Source: Camelus dromedarius (taxonomy: Eukaryota). From it: DNA of 64,000 bases. The notes under the pieces were generated by a model, which saw only the letters and a list, made by a program, of their open reading frames with translations, did not search any database and was not told where the DNA came from. Below, in pieces: positions 50,248-61,860 of the stretch (position 1 is its first letter; every line of letters begins with the position of its first letter). The position numbers were made by a program, and so were the translations under genes. Where the stretch lies: positions 24,926,001 through 24,990,000 of the forward strand of contig NC_087437.1 of assembly GCF_036321535.1 (NCBI RefSeq). The letters run 5' to 3'.

Positions 50248-50395
50248 AATTTTTTACTGAAGTATAGTCAGTTACAATGTGTCAATTTCTGGTGTACAGC
50301 ACAATGTCCCAGTCATACATATACATACATATATTCGTTTTCATATTCTTATTCATTAAAGGTTATTACAAGATATTGAATGTAGTTCCTTGTGC
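50248..50395 (-). mobile_element. Short L1 3' terminus
   Basis: 'tttttactgaagtatagtcagttacaatgtgtcaatttctggtgtacagc...ttacaagatattgaatgtagttccttgtgc'. Confidence 0.88.
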
Positions 50396-51221
50396 AAGGG
50401 ACATTAGATCTGGTTGAGATCTCAGACATCATTTAGTCAAGTGTCCTTCAAACTTTTTGTTTGAGTGTCTGAGCCTATTCCTATAAAGAAATATAACTCA
50501 AAAGTGATAAGAGAGATGTACAGAGGAGCTGGGAGGGTAAAGCATGTGATCTCTGTTTCCTTGAACCTTCCCTTGCCCAGGTTTTCCACCTCCTAACCAC
50601 TCTCAATGAACTTCTAGGACCCCATGAAGGAGCGTTGAAAAAACACTGAATTTTTCAATTTAAAGATGAAATAACTATGACATTGATTGTCTTCCAAAGT
50701 TTTAGATCACATATTCTTATCAGTAAAAACATTTTAAACATCTGCTGCAAAATGTATTTATATACTACTATGGATGAAATAAAAATGTACAAATGATGAC
50801 TTAAAAACATGCAAGTTACACTTTCCTCCAGCATCCTAATAGATCATTCTGTGTCCTGTGTCTTCCTCATATAAAGAATACGGTCCATAGATGTGAGGGC
50901 TGACATTCCCAGATCTCATAACCAATTGCAATAAAACAGGGATGCAAAATCTACCGAGTGGTCCAGTGTTGTGCTTACTTTACAGACGTTCACTCCTGTT
51001 CAGTGCATCACTCTACAATGATGATTTTCAGCAATGTACAACTTTCTTGATGACAACAAAATACCAACTCCTTTCCCTTCTCTTTCCTGTGTGACAATTT
51101 TTGAAAAAAACCTATTTACAAACCAAATAGGATCCAAACTACAAAATCAATAAACACCAAAGTTATCAGCATGAATTGATTGTGATGGATTATGTTGCTT
51201 TGATGAAATTAAATTACCAAT

Positions 51222-51420
51222 TGTATCAGCTAGGAATGATTTCACATGCATCTAACAGTAAACATGATTTACAAAAGTTTAGAGAAATAAAGATCTGTTT
51301 CTCACATGGGAAGAAGGCTGTAGATTGGCCGTTACGGTGTTGTTTAGGGGTTCAACAATGTCAAGGATTCTGTATTTAGAAAACTTGTTGGCTTTCCACG
51401 TGGTTGTAAGATAACTACAA
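51222..51420 (-). mobile_element. MLT1-like LTR remnant
   Basis: 'tgtatcagctaggaatg', 'tgtttctcacatgggaagaaggctg', 'cacgtggttgtaagataact'. Confidence 0.5.
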
Positions 51421-51914
51421 TACTTTTATTTTTAGAAACATATTTTAACATTTGATTAATGAGATACTCAATATAATAGCATACAACAATAGATAAAACA
51501 AAAAAAAATTCATTGTTTTAACAAAAGGTTACTTTCTCTGTATTTACAACTATGTTTTCTGCTAATTAATTGATCTGAGCTGATGCATACCCAACAGGCT
51601 CCACTGACATTTTTGTTATTTCAAAAGAATGAACAAATTTGCCATTAACTGGACCGAGCAGCCTGAGGAGTGGGATTGTTGAGAGAAGATAAGGAGCTCT
51701 GAATACATACTCCTCCTTGTTCACAGTGTGCTGTTGGGAATAGCCCAGCCTAGAATTTATTTTTTAAGGGTATTTTTTCAGGGTCTGTGTATATATGATG
51801 ACTTCATATGTTACTTGGAAATTAAACGAATATTTAGGAACCAATGCATGATTGCATGAGTGGACTGGATAGTCATTAGAAAAGGAAAGTGGATGACAGT
51901 GACATGATCAGAAA

Positions 51915-52035
51915 TACGTTTGGAAAGGTTAAGTAAGTTCTCCAAGATCACACAGCTTAATAAGTTGGTGAAGTTGTGATTTAAACTCAGCTCTGTTCTA
52001 CTCCAAAGACTGAGCTTTTAACAATCTCTACTACA
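51915..52035 (-). mobile_element. MIR fragment
   Basis: 'aggttaagtaagttctccaagatcacacagct' and 'gatttaaactcagctctgttctactccaaag'. Confidence 0.7.
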
Positions 52036-53290
52036 GAGTATTGCCTTACTTTTGATATTATTATCTGAATCAAATCTTAAACTGAAAGCTTGGGTTTGGG
52101 TCAAAGTTGATCTTTGCTTAAAGAGAGTCTGTTGTTTCAGTAATAACATATTTTGACTCTTTGAAATATATTATGAAACACAAAGACACAGAAAAAAAAG
52201 ATGTAATGGAAAGCAACCTTCTATTTGAAAAAAAATGTATTGAAAACTTTACCTGCATTGAAAACATTTAAGCAGAATGACATCCAAAAGTAATTCAGAC
52301 TTTAATTTATGCTAGCTGCACTTATATACTATGAATTATAATGTGAATTATTCCATCAAAATAATTCTGTTTTCCTTCAAAAATTTTGTATAAAATGAAA
52401 ATTGAGCTGAGTATACTATGTACATAAATTCTTTATGAATTTTTCATCTAGCTGCTCTTCTAGATTGCTGCCAGATGTATGATTAGATATGTTGAAATCC
52501 ATAAGAAATGCTCATGTTATATTTTCTTCCTGATTGGAGGAAAGCTCATGAGAGAAACGATTCTCTGTTCCTGCACAATTTGCAGTCTCAAGAAGATTGG
52601 ATGGTTCAAAGCAAAGCCCTCACTCAGTTTTGAAATTCTTCCATTATTTATTCTGAAGTCAGATTATTGCGTTCTCCTTTCCCTTCTTTCTGAGTGAGCT
52701 GAGATGGGAGACTTTTATGGAGGAAAGTACCTTGAAGTAAAATTTCACATTTATTTATTCAGTCAAATGATTTCTTGTATTGATGAGTCCTAATTTTCTG
52801 TGCTACTTTATTTTTCTATGAAGCAAAGAAAACGAAGCTTCCTGAGTGGATCAGATAGCACATCAGGCGTGCAGAGACTGTTAGTCTGGTTTACATCGGC
52901 CTTAAAGAAAGCCACAAATTTGTTTAGTAACTGCTGAGTCTGTCTTTTCCTCCTTTCTAGCCCTGCATTTAGCCAATCCTGTATATAAGTGATCACCATG
53001 GCATGAGAACCATGCCAGTCTAAGGTACAAATATATATTTTATTCTCATGTCCTTCCTGTATTTAGTAAATTGAGGACGATCCTTCACATTGACAAATAT
53101 ACTTCTATGGCATTACCATTGTGAACAACTTCAAAATATCTCATTATATGAAAGTACTAAAGTTCATTTAAATAAACCATTATTGTTGTATATTTAAGTA
53201 GTTTTTTTATATTTCATTATGATTAAGAAGACTGTAAAGGGCACATTCATAACTAATTTCATTCATTAAACAAATAGTTAACAATGTAGG

Positions 53291-53902
53291 TGTAGACTGG
53301 ACTCAGAGATACTCTGTCAGGCCAACCCTCCGCAACTCTACCCAGACCAATAACCAGGACACTAATCAGGCCTTTTACTTTAGAAGAATTTTGAAATTTG
53401 CATTAGATGGGTAGAGGTGTGTATTCTACTTGGCATTCACCCTCAAATTAATCCAAGTTTCAAATTTTTGTTATTGGGCATTGTGGCTGTTTTCTAGTTC
53501 ACTGGAGATGGAGTTTACAATTATTTTGTTCTTTGCATTGTTTGGCTGGAAAGCCCTGACTATCCCAGGAAGCAAACACGGCTTCTCAAGAAGCCATTAC
53601 TTGGTATCCCAATTGCCTATAGCACTAAAGCAGGCGAGCTTGCCAGAGAGCTGCTGTGGTCTTCTTGTTTCCAGTCTACCCAGTGTCTGTCTGAAAGTGC
53701 CTCCAGAGAACCCTCTCTGCCCCTTCTTTTCTACCTTCCAAATGTCACTCCAGTGCTTCTCACTGGCAAATTCTAACCCAGAACAAAGTGGAAAAAGGAC
53801 CTCTGTGAAAAGTCATTCCTAGTTTCTCCTCTGCAATGCAACGTCTTTTGGAGACCTTGAAAGGGATAGTAATTATGCCATATTGACAACAATCAAGCCA
53901 AA
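53291..53902 (-). mobile_element. Probable ERVL LTR (LTR40/41-like)
   Basis: 'gcaaattctaacccagaacaaagtggaaaaaggacctctgtgaaaagtcattcc' resembles the reverse complement of the motif at 60925-60975. Confidence 0.5.
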
Positions 53903-56526
53903 TATTCTTGCTGAATTAAAAACAATTATAATAAGTGTTTAAAAATAAGCTCAGAAACTATAAGCACTACACACAGGACAGTGATTACTTCTGAGCAGGG
54001 AGATATTCAAAGTAAGAGCAGTTCAAGGTTAAGTGGAGAAACAACCAGGCTTAAAAAAAAGAGTCAGACAGCAGTGCAGCTTCTAATGGGTAGAATTGTT
54101 AACTGAACAAACCGTATTTCAAGCACAAGTGTGAACACTGCACATTGACTCACTTATCATCTAAGCTTTGTTTTATGCACTGAGTTTAGCCAAGTAAAAC
54201 AAAAGTCAAATATTCCAGATTCTCTGATAAAGAAGGTACACGGTTGTCTCTAGTCTGAAGGACCTCACAGCTGTGACTCTATCCATCATCATGGAGGTTC
54301 AAGTTGACTTAATTCTGCACAGGACGAGGGTGATAGTAGATACATAACTAAATGGGCCAGTGGGTGCCCAGCTTGAGAACCATTTTAGGATGTTGAGAGC
54401 AGATCACATATGACCTTAGATTGTATTTGAACAGGAAAGTCTGACAATTCCCTGCTTACAGTCAATCAAAGGACCAAACCGATTCATTTTTTCAAGTTTC
54501 CAGTGTGTGCACGTTTCCTTGTCTCATCTCATGGAAAGGAAAAAAAGAAAGAAAATTTAAGGAGAATTGGGGTGCTATTTGGCTGTGTGAAATCCTAGGA
54601 GGACCCCTTTTCAATGACAGGAAAATACTTTACATTTTTCTATCCCAGTTTAATTTCATATAAACTTCTTTCTCCCATCCTGTATCTGGTCTCCGTAATT
54701 ATTATCATAGTTCCCTCTCAGTGTTTTTATCTTGACTTCTGACATTGAGGACTTTTCCTTTTTTTTTTTTTTTTTTTTTCAAAAAGATAATATCCAGTTT
54801 CCTATAACTTTAAAAAAACATTTAGAATAATTTTACATTTTAAAGTTTTAAAACATTGACATATTTTAACATGTTTTAAAACCACACAGGTCAAATGTTC
54901 ATGACATAAGTATGTGCTTTCATTTGTAAGTAAGATAGCTAAGTGTTCAAATCTAAGTGTCTTCTAACAATTCTTCCATATCTTTGTACTCCTAAGAACT
55001 TACTCATTTGTATCTAAGAAGGCAACTGAGTGAATTATAGCATAGAGTGTTAGGAAGTGAAAATGTAGCAATGCTCTAACCACTGCTTCGTACTAGTGGG
55101 AATGTTCAAATAGACTGTGATGCAAAGGCTGTTTCCAAGAAAGAAGTCAGTCACGTAAGACAGACTGGAAACCAGTAATCTTTAATAGAAGGCAAGAGGC
55201 TCTATGAAATGGGTCTGGCCGCAGATACCAACAGAAGAGCAAGTGACTAGGAAACATCCAGGGAGAGAGGGCTTCCTGTCCGTTGGTAAACAGATGCCAA
55301 AGCCTCCTTGATCAGACAAAAGGAGTCACAGAAACTATGGAGCTGGACAGGTGCCACATTTTTTCAAAAGGGGTTGTGGTTGTAGTTCGCAACAAATGAA
55401 AGGCAGACAGAAAAAAAAAAAAAGAAAAAAAAAAAAGCTCTAGCTACAAATGTTTCCTCAGTGTTGACAGTCAACATCTGGAGAAATTGAGAGAAGTATA
55501 GTCTATCTAATGTAAGCCTTTGATAACTTGCAACGCTCACTTAGTAATAACTAACCTGGAATTTAAGGTTTGTAAAGTGTTTTCACATTAAAATACTTCT
55601 AAACAGAGTGCTTGAACAGAGACACACAATTAGAATATCGTAATGGACACTTAAAATTTAGTGTGTTTATTTATTCAAAAGCATGTTCTCTTCACTCCAG
55701 TAAAAACACAACAAAACCAACAATAAATGAAATGACAACAGCAGATTATCAGGTAGTAAAAACTGACTTTTGGTACTTAATAGAGCAGGAGGCTCTAGAC
55801 ACAGTGGTACTAAACAGATTGACATGAGACCGAATATTTTTTGAGTATAAGCTTAAACCCGAGAAGCTTAAAATTAGATTCAACCTCATGAAGCTGCCCT
55901 GCTGCCTCCATGCCCCCATATTCCTCAGCAGTCCTCAGCAATCAGACAAACAGATATGGGATGTAAAACAGTCACTTAGTGATAGCTGTTTTATGTATAA
56001 GGTGATTATGTGTAAGTTTTACATTATCTTTGTATATTCAAACTGGTCTCTCCACCTGTTATGAAGATACGGAGAACTCAAGAAGTGAACTCAAGAAATG
56101 CATTTAATGTGACTCTTTGGAGCTATGATCCAAGAGGCAGAGACTTCTTGGTATACATATGAAGGTCCTATTCTTTCATTTACCTATTTCTTTCCCAAAT
56201 ACGTATCTTCTAGGGTTTAGCTTTCTATATTAGTTAATAATTCCATTTACTAAAGGTTAGTGTCGATATCCTGAATTGAATTCCCTGAAAAGAAGAACAC
56301 TGATATGGTCCTAACTGTTATAGAGTTTAAAATTTTATTGAGGATATCATATATATATATATATAATGTCATATACAAAATGTTAGTGGTGATACAAGTT
56401 TCAAACCATTATATTTTGTGCTAGAAAAAATACACTCAGGTAGTGATGAGAGTAACATGATGATAATCCTTGTTCCCACTCAACATTGTGTGCTGACAAT
56501 ACCCCAAATCCATGTCTACAACCTGC

Positions 56527-56637
56527 AGGGTGTGACCAAGTCACCTCAGTTTTCCCAGGAATTTTCTAATTTTTGCACTGAAAGTCTAGCAAGAAACCCC
56601 ATAATTCAGGCAAACAGGAAGAAATTGGTCACACTTA
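56527..56637. mobile_element. MER81-like hAT-Blackjack MITE with terminal inverted repeats and 8-bp TSD
   Basis: TIRs 'agggtgtgaccaa' and 'ttggtcacactta'; central 'gcactgaaagtc'; flanks caacctgc (56519-56526) and cagcctgc (56638-56645). Confidence 0.85.
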
Positions 56638-56659
56638 CAGCCTGCTCCAGCCCCTGAGA

Positions 56660-57180
56660 TTCAGCTGGACATCTCCATGTTACAGCCCCCAGAAGTCCTG
56701 CTCTCAGGGGGACCGGGACCTAGTGCTTCCTCACTTCCTGCCAGACTGCTCTTCCACTTGTGTTTCCTAGCTCAGTAAATTCTACCACCATCTCCCCTGA
56801 AGATCATGCCATACACCCAAGTTACTTTTTCCTTAGCTTTCTTTCTCTCTCTCATGCTTTACTTCATACATCCTGTTAATTCCATCTCCTAAGGACACGA
56901 ATCTGAATTCCTTCCAAACTCCCCTTCAGTCTACCTGTAGCCCTCTACGTTGCCGTTACAGCTGCTAACTGGATTCCTTACCTCATCCTTGTCCCATTTA
57001 GTCTATTTTCACGCTAAACTCAAGAGCAATTATTTTCTAAATCACGAATGTCATCATTTCTCCTCCTTGATAAACACTTTTCATGGTTTCCTCTCTTTGC
57101 TAATAGAATGAATTCCACACTCTTTAACATATTGTATTTTCTTGCTTCTGTGTTCACACAGTCTGTTTGATGCCTGAACA
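56660..57180 (+). mobile_element. L2 fragment
   Basis: 'ttcctagctcagtaaattctaccaccatc', 'tcctgttaattccatctcctaa', 'atgtcatcatttctcctccttgataaac'. Confidence 0.65.
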
Positions 57181-57227
57181 TTTTAAGTCAATCAAAAATC
57201 AAACAGATAAAAACTAACAAAATAAAT

Positions 57228-57710
57228 TAATTTGCTATCAAGCCATGAAAAGATGTAGCAAAAACTTACATGCATATTACTAAGCAAAAGAGGCTCCATA
57301 CTGTATGATTCCAACTATGTGACATTCTGGAAAAGGCAAAACTATGGAGATAGTAAAAAGATTGGTGGTTGCCAGTGGGTGAGAGGGAAGGAAGGATGAA
57401 TAGGCAGAGACAGAGGATATTTAAGGCTGTAAATATACCCTGTATGATACTATAAGGGTGGATACATGCCATGATAAATTTGTCCAGATCCACAAAATGT
57501 ACAACACAAAAAGTGAACTCTAATGTGAACTATGGAATTTGTGTGATAATGATGTGTCAATGCAGGTACATCACTTGTAGCAAATGTACCGCCCTGCTGA
57601 GGGGTGTCGGCAGTGAGGGGCCTACGCGTGTGTGGGAGCAGGGGATGAATGGGGAATCTCTGGGCCTTTCACTCAATTTTGCTGTGAACCTAAAACTTCT
57701 CTTAAAAATT
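57228..57710 (+). mobile_element. L1MC1/2-like 3' end
   Basis: 'gctatcaagccatgaaaaga', 'tactgtatgattccaactatgtgacattctggaaaaggcaaaactatggaga', 'gctgtgaacctaaaact'. Confidence 0.9.
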
Positions 57711-57724
57711 GATGGTACATCCGT

Positions 57725-58160
57725 TCATTTTTGCTCTCTAATTATCATCCCCAAACTTCAGTAGTTCAAACAACCACCTGTGTTACTTCCTCATTCTGTG
57801 GGTCATTACTTAGGCTGGGCTCGTTTGGACAGCGTTTTGCTGGTCTTGGCAGCCCTCGAGCAACTGAGGTCAGTGATGCATCAGCTGGCGGTTAGATCTG
57901 GTTAAGGTGCTGCTCTGCAGGGACAAGCAGCTGCTCTCTGTGGTCTCCGATCATCCAGTGGGCAAACCTGGGCTTCTCTACGTGGAGTCTCAGGGTTCTA
58001 AAAAGCAATGAGACAGTGCAAATATCCTAGTGCACCATAACTTTTTAAGTCCCTAGTTACATCCCATTGACAAACCAAGTCACAGGACCAATTACAGATT
58101 CAGAATGGAGAGCTAAATCTCACCTACTAATGAAAGGAGTTGAAAAATAGTTCCACTACA
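57725..58160 (-). mobile_element. MaLR LTR (MLT1G/H-like)
   Basis: 'ccccaaacttcagtagttcaaacaaccac', 'ttctgtgggtca', 'atcccattgacaaaccaagtcacagg'. Confidence 0.7.
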
Positions 58161-58652
58161 TTTTTTACATTTTTGTTCCTTTCCTTTTTTTTTTTTTTTT
58201 TTGTCTACAATGAAGAAAGTAGAAAGTTTCATTTAAACAAAACTGGATAAAAAGTCTAATATATGTAAAACACTTCTGTACAAAACAAAAAATTGAATAA
58301 GACACCTTTGTCTTCTGGAAGCTTGCAGAGTAGGGGAAGTTTCTAAATACCTCATCCTACTGAAAAACTGGGGGAAAAAATAGTACTGGACTTGAGCACA
58401 GGCTATGTTTCGTTGGAACCCAAGCCTCATTTAGTCTGACTGTAATAATTAGAGAAATTTTCGTGAATGAAGTAACATATGTGCTGGACCTACATAGATG
58501 ACTTTTTAAGTAAAGAAATAAAAGAAGAGCCTTTTTAGATTGAGGGTATTCATCACATAAAATCATAGAGATGTGAATGTGCATGTTGTGATTAGTGAAA
58601 TTACACTTCCCATACTTTTCCAACCCTTCACCAGGTTAATTCCTTTCCCATC

Positions 58653-59590
58653 TGTATCAGTTAAAAATGAACTCGGCTATAAGTAAGACAGCCCTTACTT
58701 ACAATGACTTACACAAATAAAGACTTCTTTTGCTCCAAAATGTCTGGTGAAAGGTTGTTTTTAGATTTTTCTCCATCTTGCATTACCAGTTTTAGCATAT
58801 CAACTTTCTTTTTCAAGATTGAAGCTATATCTTCTAACACTGCCTACATTCAAGACAGAAAGGAAACAGTTAAAGCTTTGCTTTATAGGGGAAGAAAAAG
58901 TTCTCTTCAACCTTCTTAGCACCTTTGGGTGAGTCTAGAAATTCAACTGACAAAGACAGATTAACAGGAGTAAAGTGTACAAATTTATTTAATATCAGTT
59001 TTATGTGACACAGGAAACTTCATCAGGACATGAAGACCTGAAGAATCAGTGAAACCTGAGTGTTTTTATGCTAGCTTTGATGAAGAGTGGACAGTCTCGT
59101 CACCAAAACCAGATGAAGAAAACATGGTACATCGGAGTATGATGTAAATGCAGTAAACAGGGAAACGTAGCAAGGCCTGTTTGCTTGGATTCTCCTGGCA
59201 TCCCTTTGTCCTCAGAGATAAGGATGCTTCTTTCTTCCAGTGTAGGGAGGGCACCTCTCTCCTAAGGGTCTGTGACCTACTTCAGGGGAGAAAGGTGGAG
59301 GGAAGGTCCTGCTTCTGCTGTTTCCTTAAACTCTTTCAGCTTAAAATAGTCAGTGTGTCAAGGTACCATGTTTGGACGTAATATGTGTGTAGCCTTATAT
59401 TAGAAATGCAACAGTTTTCCCCAAACTTTCCCAACAGATTTGACTTATCTCATTGGCTACAGCTGGGTCATACTGACCCCTACTGCATAAAATGCTGGGA
59501 AATTGGAGAACAAAATTTTTATATTTGGCTCAAAACAATGCACATGCATCTCCCAAACTTGGCAAATGACAGTTCTTAACCACAACAAAA
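58653..59590 (-). mobile_element. Old MLT1 LTR split by an ERV1-class LTR
   Basis: 'tgtatcagtt...ggctataagtaagacag' before the insertion; 'ttatctcattggctacagctgggtcatactgacccctactgca' after it. Confidence 0.55.
58884..59398 (-). mobile_element. ERV1-class solo LTR (MER41/MER4-group-like)
   Basis: 'aactgacaaagacagattaacaggag...acaaatttattt' and 'ttcagcttaaaatagtcagtgtgtcaaggtaccat'. Confidence 0.75.
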
Positions 59591-60044
59591 AAGATACTGT
59601 TAGTGAAGAGGGGAAAATGAGATCTGCTGCATTTTCCCATGATATGCTTAGTTCTGTCTCTGTGCTTATATCGGTAATTCTCTAGAATGGAATGCCTTTC
59701 CTCACCTTCATCACTCTTCATAGACCAAAGTGCCAGCTCCTTTGTGAGACCTTCCTAGGTCACCTGTTTCTAATGGGCTGGTCCTCTTTTGACCCATATC
59801 ACATGAAGTTGCCATTAATTGCATTCCGTCTTCAATTGCTTGCTAATTGTTGTAGGTATAAAAACTCTCTCCTCAATGAAAAAGAAAAAAGAAAAAAAAA
59901 TCATTAATGGAGATAGCAAATGTAAATTATACTTTTATGGTCCCTTTAATGCCTGGAAAAGTACTGGACACATGCAAAATATGCCAACTAATCAAAACTT
60001 GTTGATTGTTGTTCCACAGCAGTTTTGCTTTATGAATGTTTAGA

Positions 60045-60712
60045 GTCTTAGAGTTGATTAACCCATCCTTCCTTCACTTCCTTTTTGCAATAACAAAATT
60101 CATTGGAAAAAGGAGCTTTAATTAGCACAGTGAGAATTTATTGTTCATTTCATGTTCTTAAGCAGAGGAAATCTGTCCTTCCACTCAGGTTTGGATGGTA
60201 ATCTCTCCCCATAGCTGATTCCTGGAAGAAACTCAAATTCAGAGCTTGGACAATCATTCCTTGGCCTCGATTATGAATACAGCAATGGGCATCTGATCCA
60301 AGCCAGGCCAACAAGGTTCAATTAGGATATTTATGAACATAATATTAGGACAGAGAAGCATTCTCTTCCTTTGGAATCAAAGCTGGTGTGATGTAGGCCT
60401 AAAACTGTTTCCTCCATGGAAGAATTTATGCCTTCAGGACCTAAGGGTTGTTTTTCTCCATCCAATCTTTCTGTGTTACCATTCTTAGTAGACAAGAATA
60501 AAGCTAGTTCAGACGAGTGCAGAGCCAAGGGAGGGAAAAAAATATTGAGTCCTGACAATACCATTTGAATTCCAGGATCTGGTCATCCTTGAAGTCTGAA
60601 TATTTCAATTAAGCAATAAATTTCCTTTTGATGACTAATTCCCATTTGACAATAAATCCCCTTTTTGGCTTAAGCCACTTTTAGTTGGATTCCTGTCACT
60701 TGCAACTGGCCA
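60045..60712 (+). mobile_element. MaLR LTR (MLT1K-like)
   Basis: 'gagtcctgacaataccatttgaattccaggatc', 'caataaatttcc', 'ggcttaagccacttttagttggattcctgtcacttgcaact'. Confidence 0.75.
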
Positions 60713-60869
60713 TGACGTTTAGATTGATGCCTTCCCTCCTTCACTCTGAAGTCTCTTATTGGTACTGACAACTCAACACAGCCTGACAGGGTGGAAGAGG
60801 CATCCTCACAATCAAACACTTACTCTAGTTTGGGCTGTGCCACTGTCTCACTGTGTGGCCTTACACTAA

Positions 60870-61480
60870 TGTGTTGGATTGTGTGCCGCCAACTTGGCAC
60901 TACTATCCTCACTTAAGGATGGAAAATCCATTTTCCAGTACTATCCCTGCATGGTTCTGAGTTAGAGTTGACCAAGAAAGGAATTTGCATGAGATTTGGA
61001 AGATAGAAGTGAAGAAAGAAGGCGTTACTCTTGGAAGGCCATGGCGGTCAGATATGGTGAGAGACAGATGCAAATGTCCCCGGTGGGCCCCAGCTAGGCA
61101 TTGCTCCCCTCCTGCTCCATGTCCAACTTGTCTTTCTGATTGTTGGCCCCACTGACCCACCACGGTCCCACACCCACCACTACACTCTTGGCTGTGAGAT
61201 TACAGAAGGACATGTTCCCCGGAAGGGACAGTCTCCAGAGACACTTCCACTTGCTCCCTGGTCATAGTACACCTTTAGGTACCAGATGAACACAGCTTCT
61301 CAATTTTTCCTGTGAGTTCTAACTTGTCTTCCTGGGTCAGGGTTCCATTTATTAACTGTATCTTTGACCTCTACTCCCCTCTTCCAGACCTCCCCACACA
61401 GTCCTAAAAATATAATTTCTATATTGATTCCTTTTATTCCTAAAGAACTTGTAGTGGTTTTATTTAATTTATGGATCTTG
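60870..61480 (+). mobile_element. Probable ERVL LTR (LTR40-like)
   Basis: 'atggttctgagttagagttgaccaagaaaggaatttgcatgagatttggaagatagaagtgaag'. Confidence 0.6.
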
Positions 61481-61769
61481 TCTAACAAGGCCAGTTACAA
61501 CTCTCTTAAGCCTTAGTTGCTTTGCCTATAAAAAGTGGGTTGTCCTGTCTGACTTAAGTCTGTAGTGAGAACCTCACGATAATGGTCCTGGGGTGTAAAG
61601 TTAAACGTATAGCATTATTGCAGCCTGATTGTTGGTTCTCAGAAGCAAGGGTCTTGGTGCCATCAGACAGGACTTTACCACCTCTTTCTCATATCAACAA
61701 ACCCTCAAAAGACAAAAAAGCCCCTTTTTATCTAAACAAAGCCCTCCTAGATAGTTAATTTAAGATCAC

Positions 61770-61860
61770 ACATTATATATATATATAAATATATATATAC
61801 ACATATATATATATATCTGTTATCCTTTCTAAATGTCACATATATTTAAAAATATATAAA
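61770..61860. repeat. (TA)n microsatellite
   Basis: Directly visible. Confidence 0.9.

Noticed and set aside
50670..50880. Possible additional hAT MITE remnant
   Set aside because: I could not identify TIRs, a TSD or a family with confidence.
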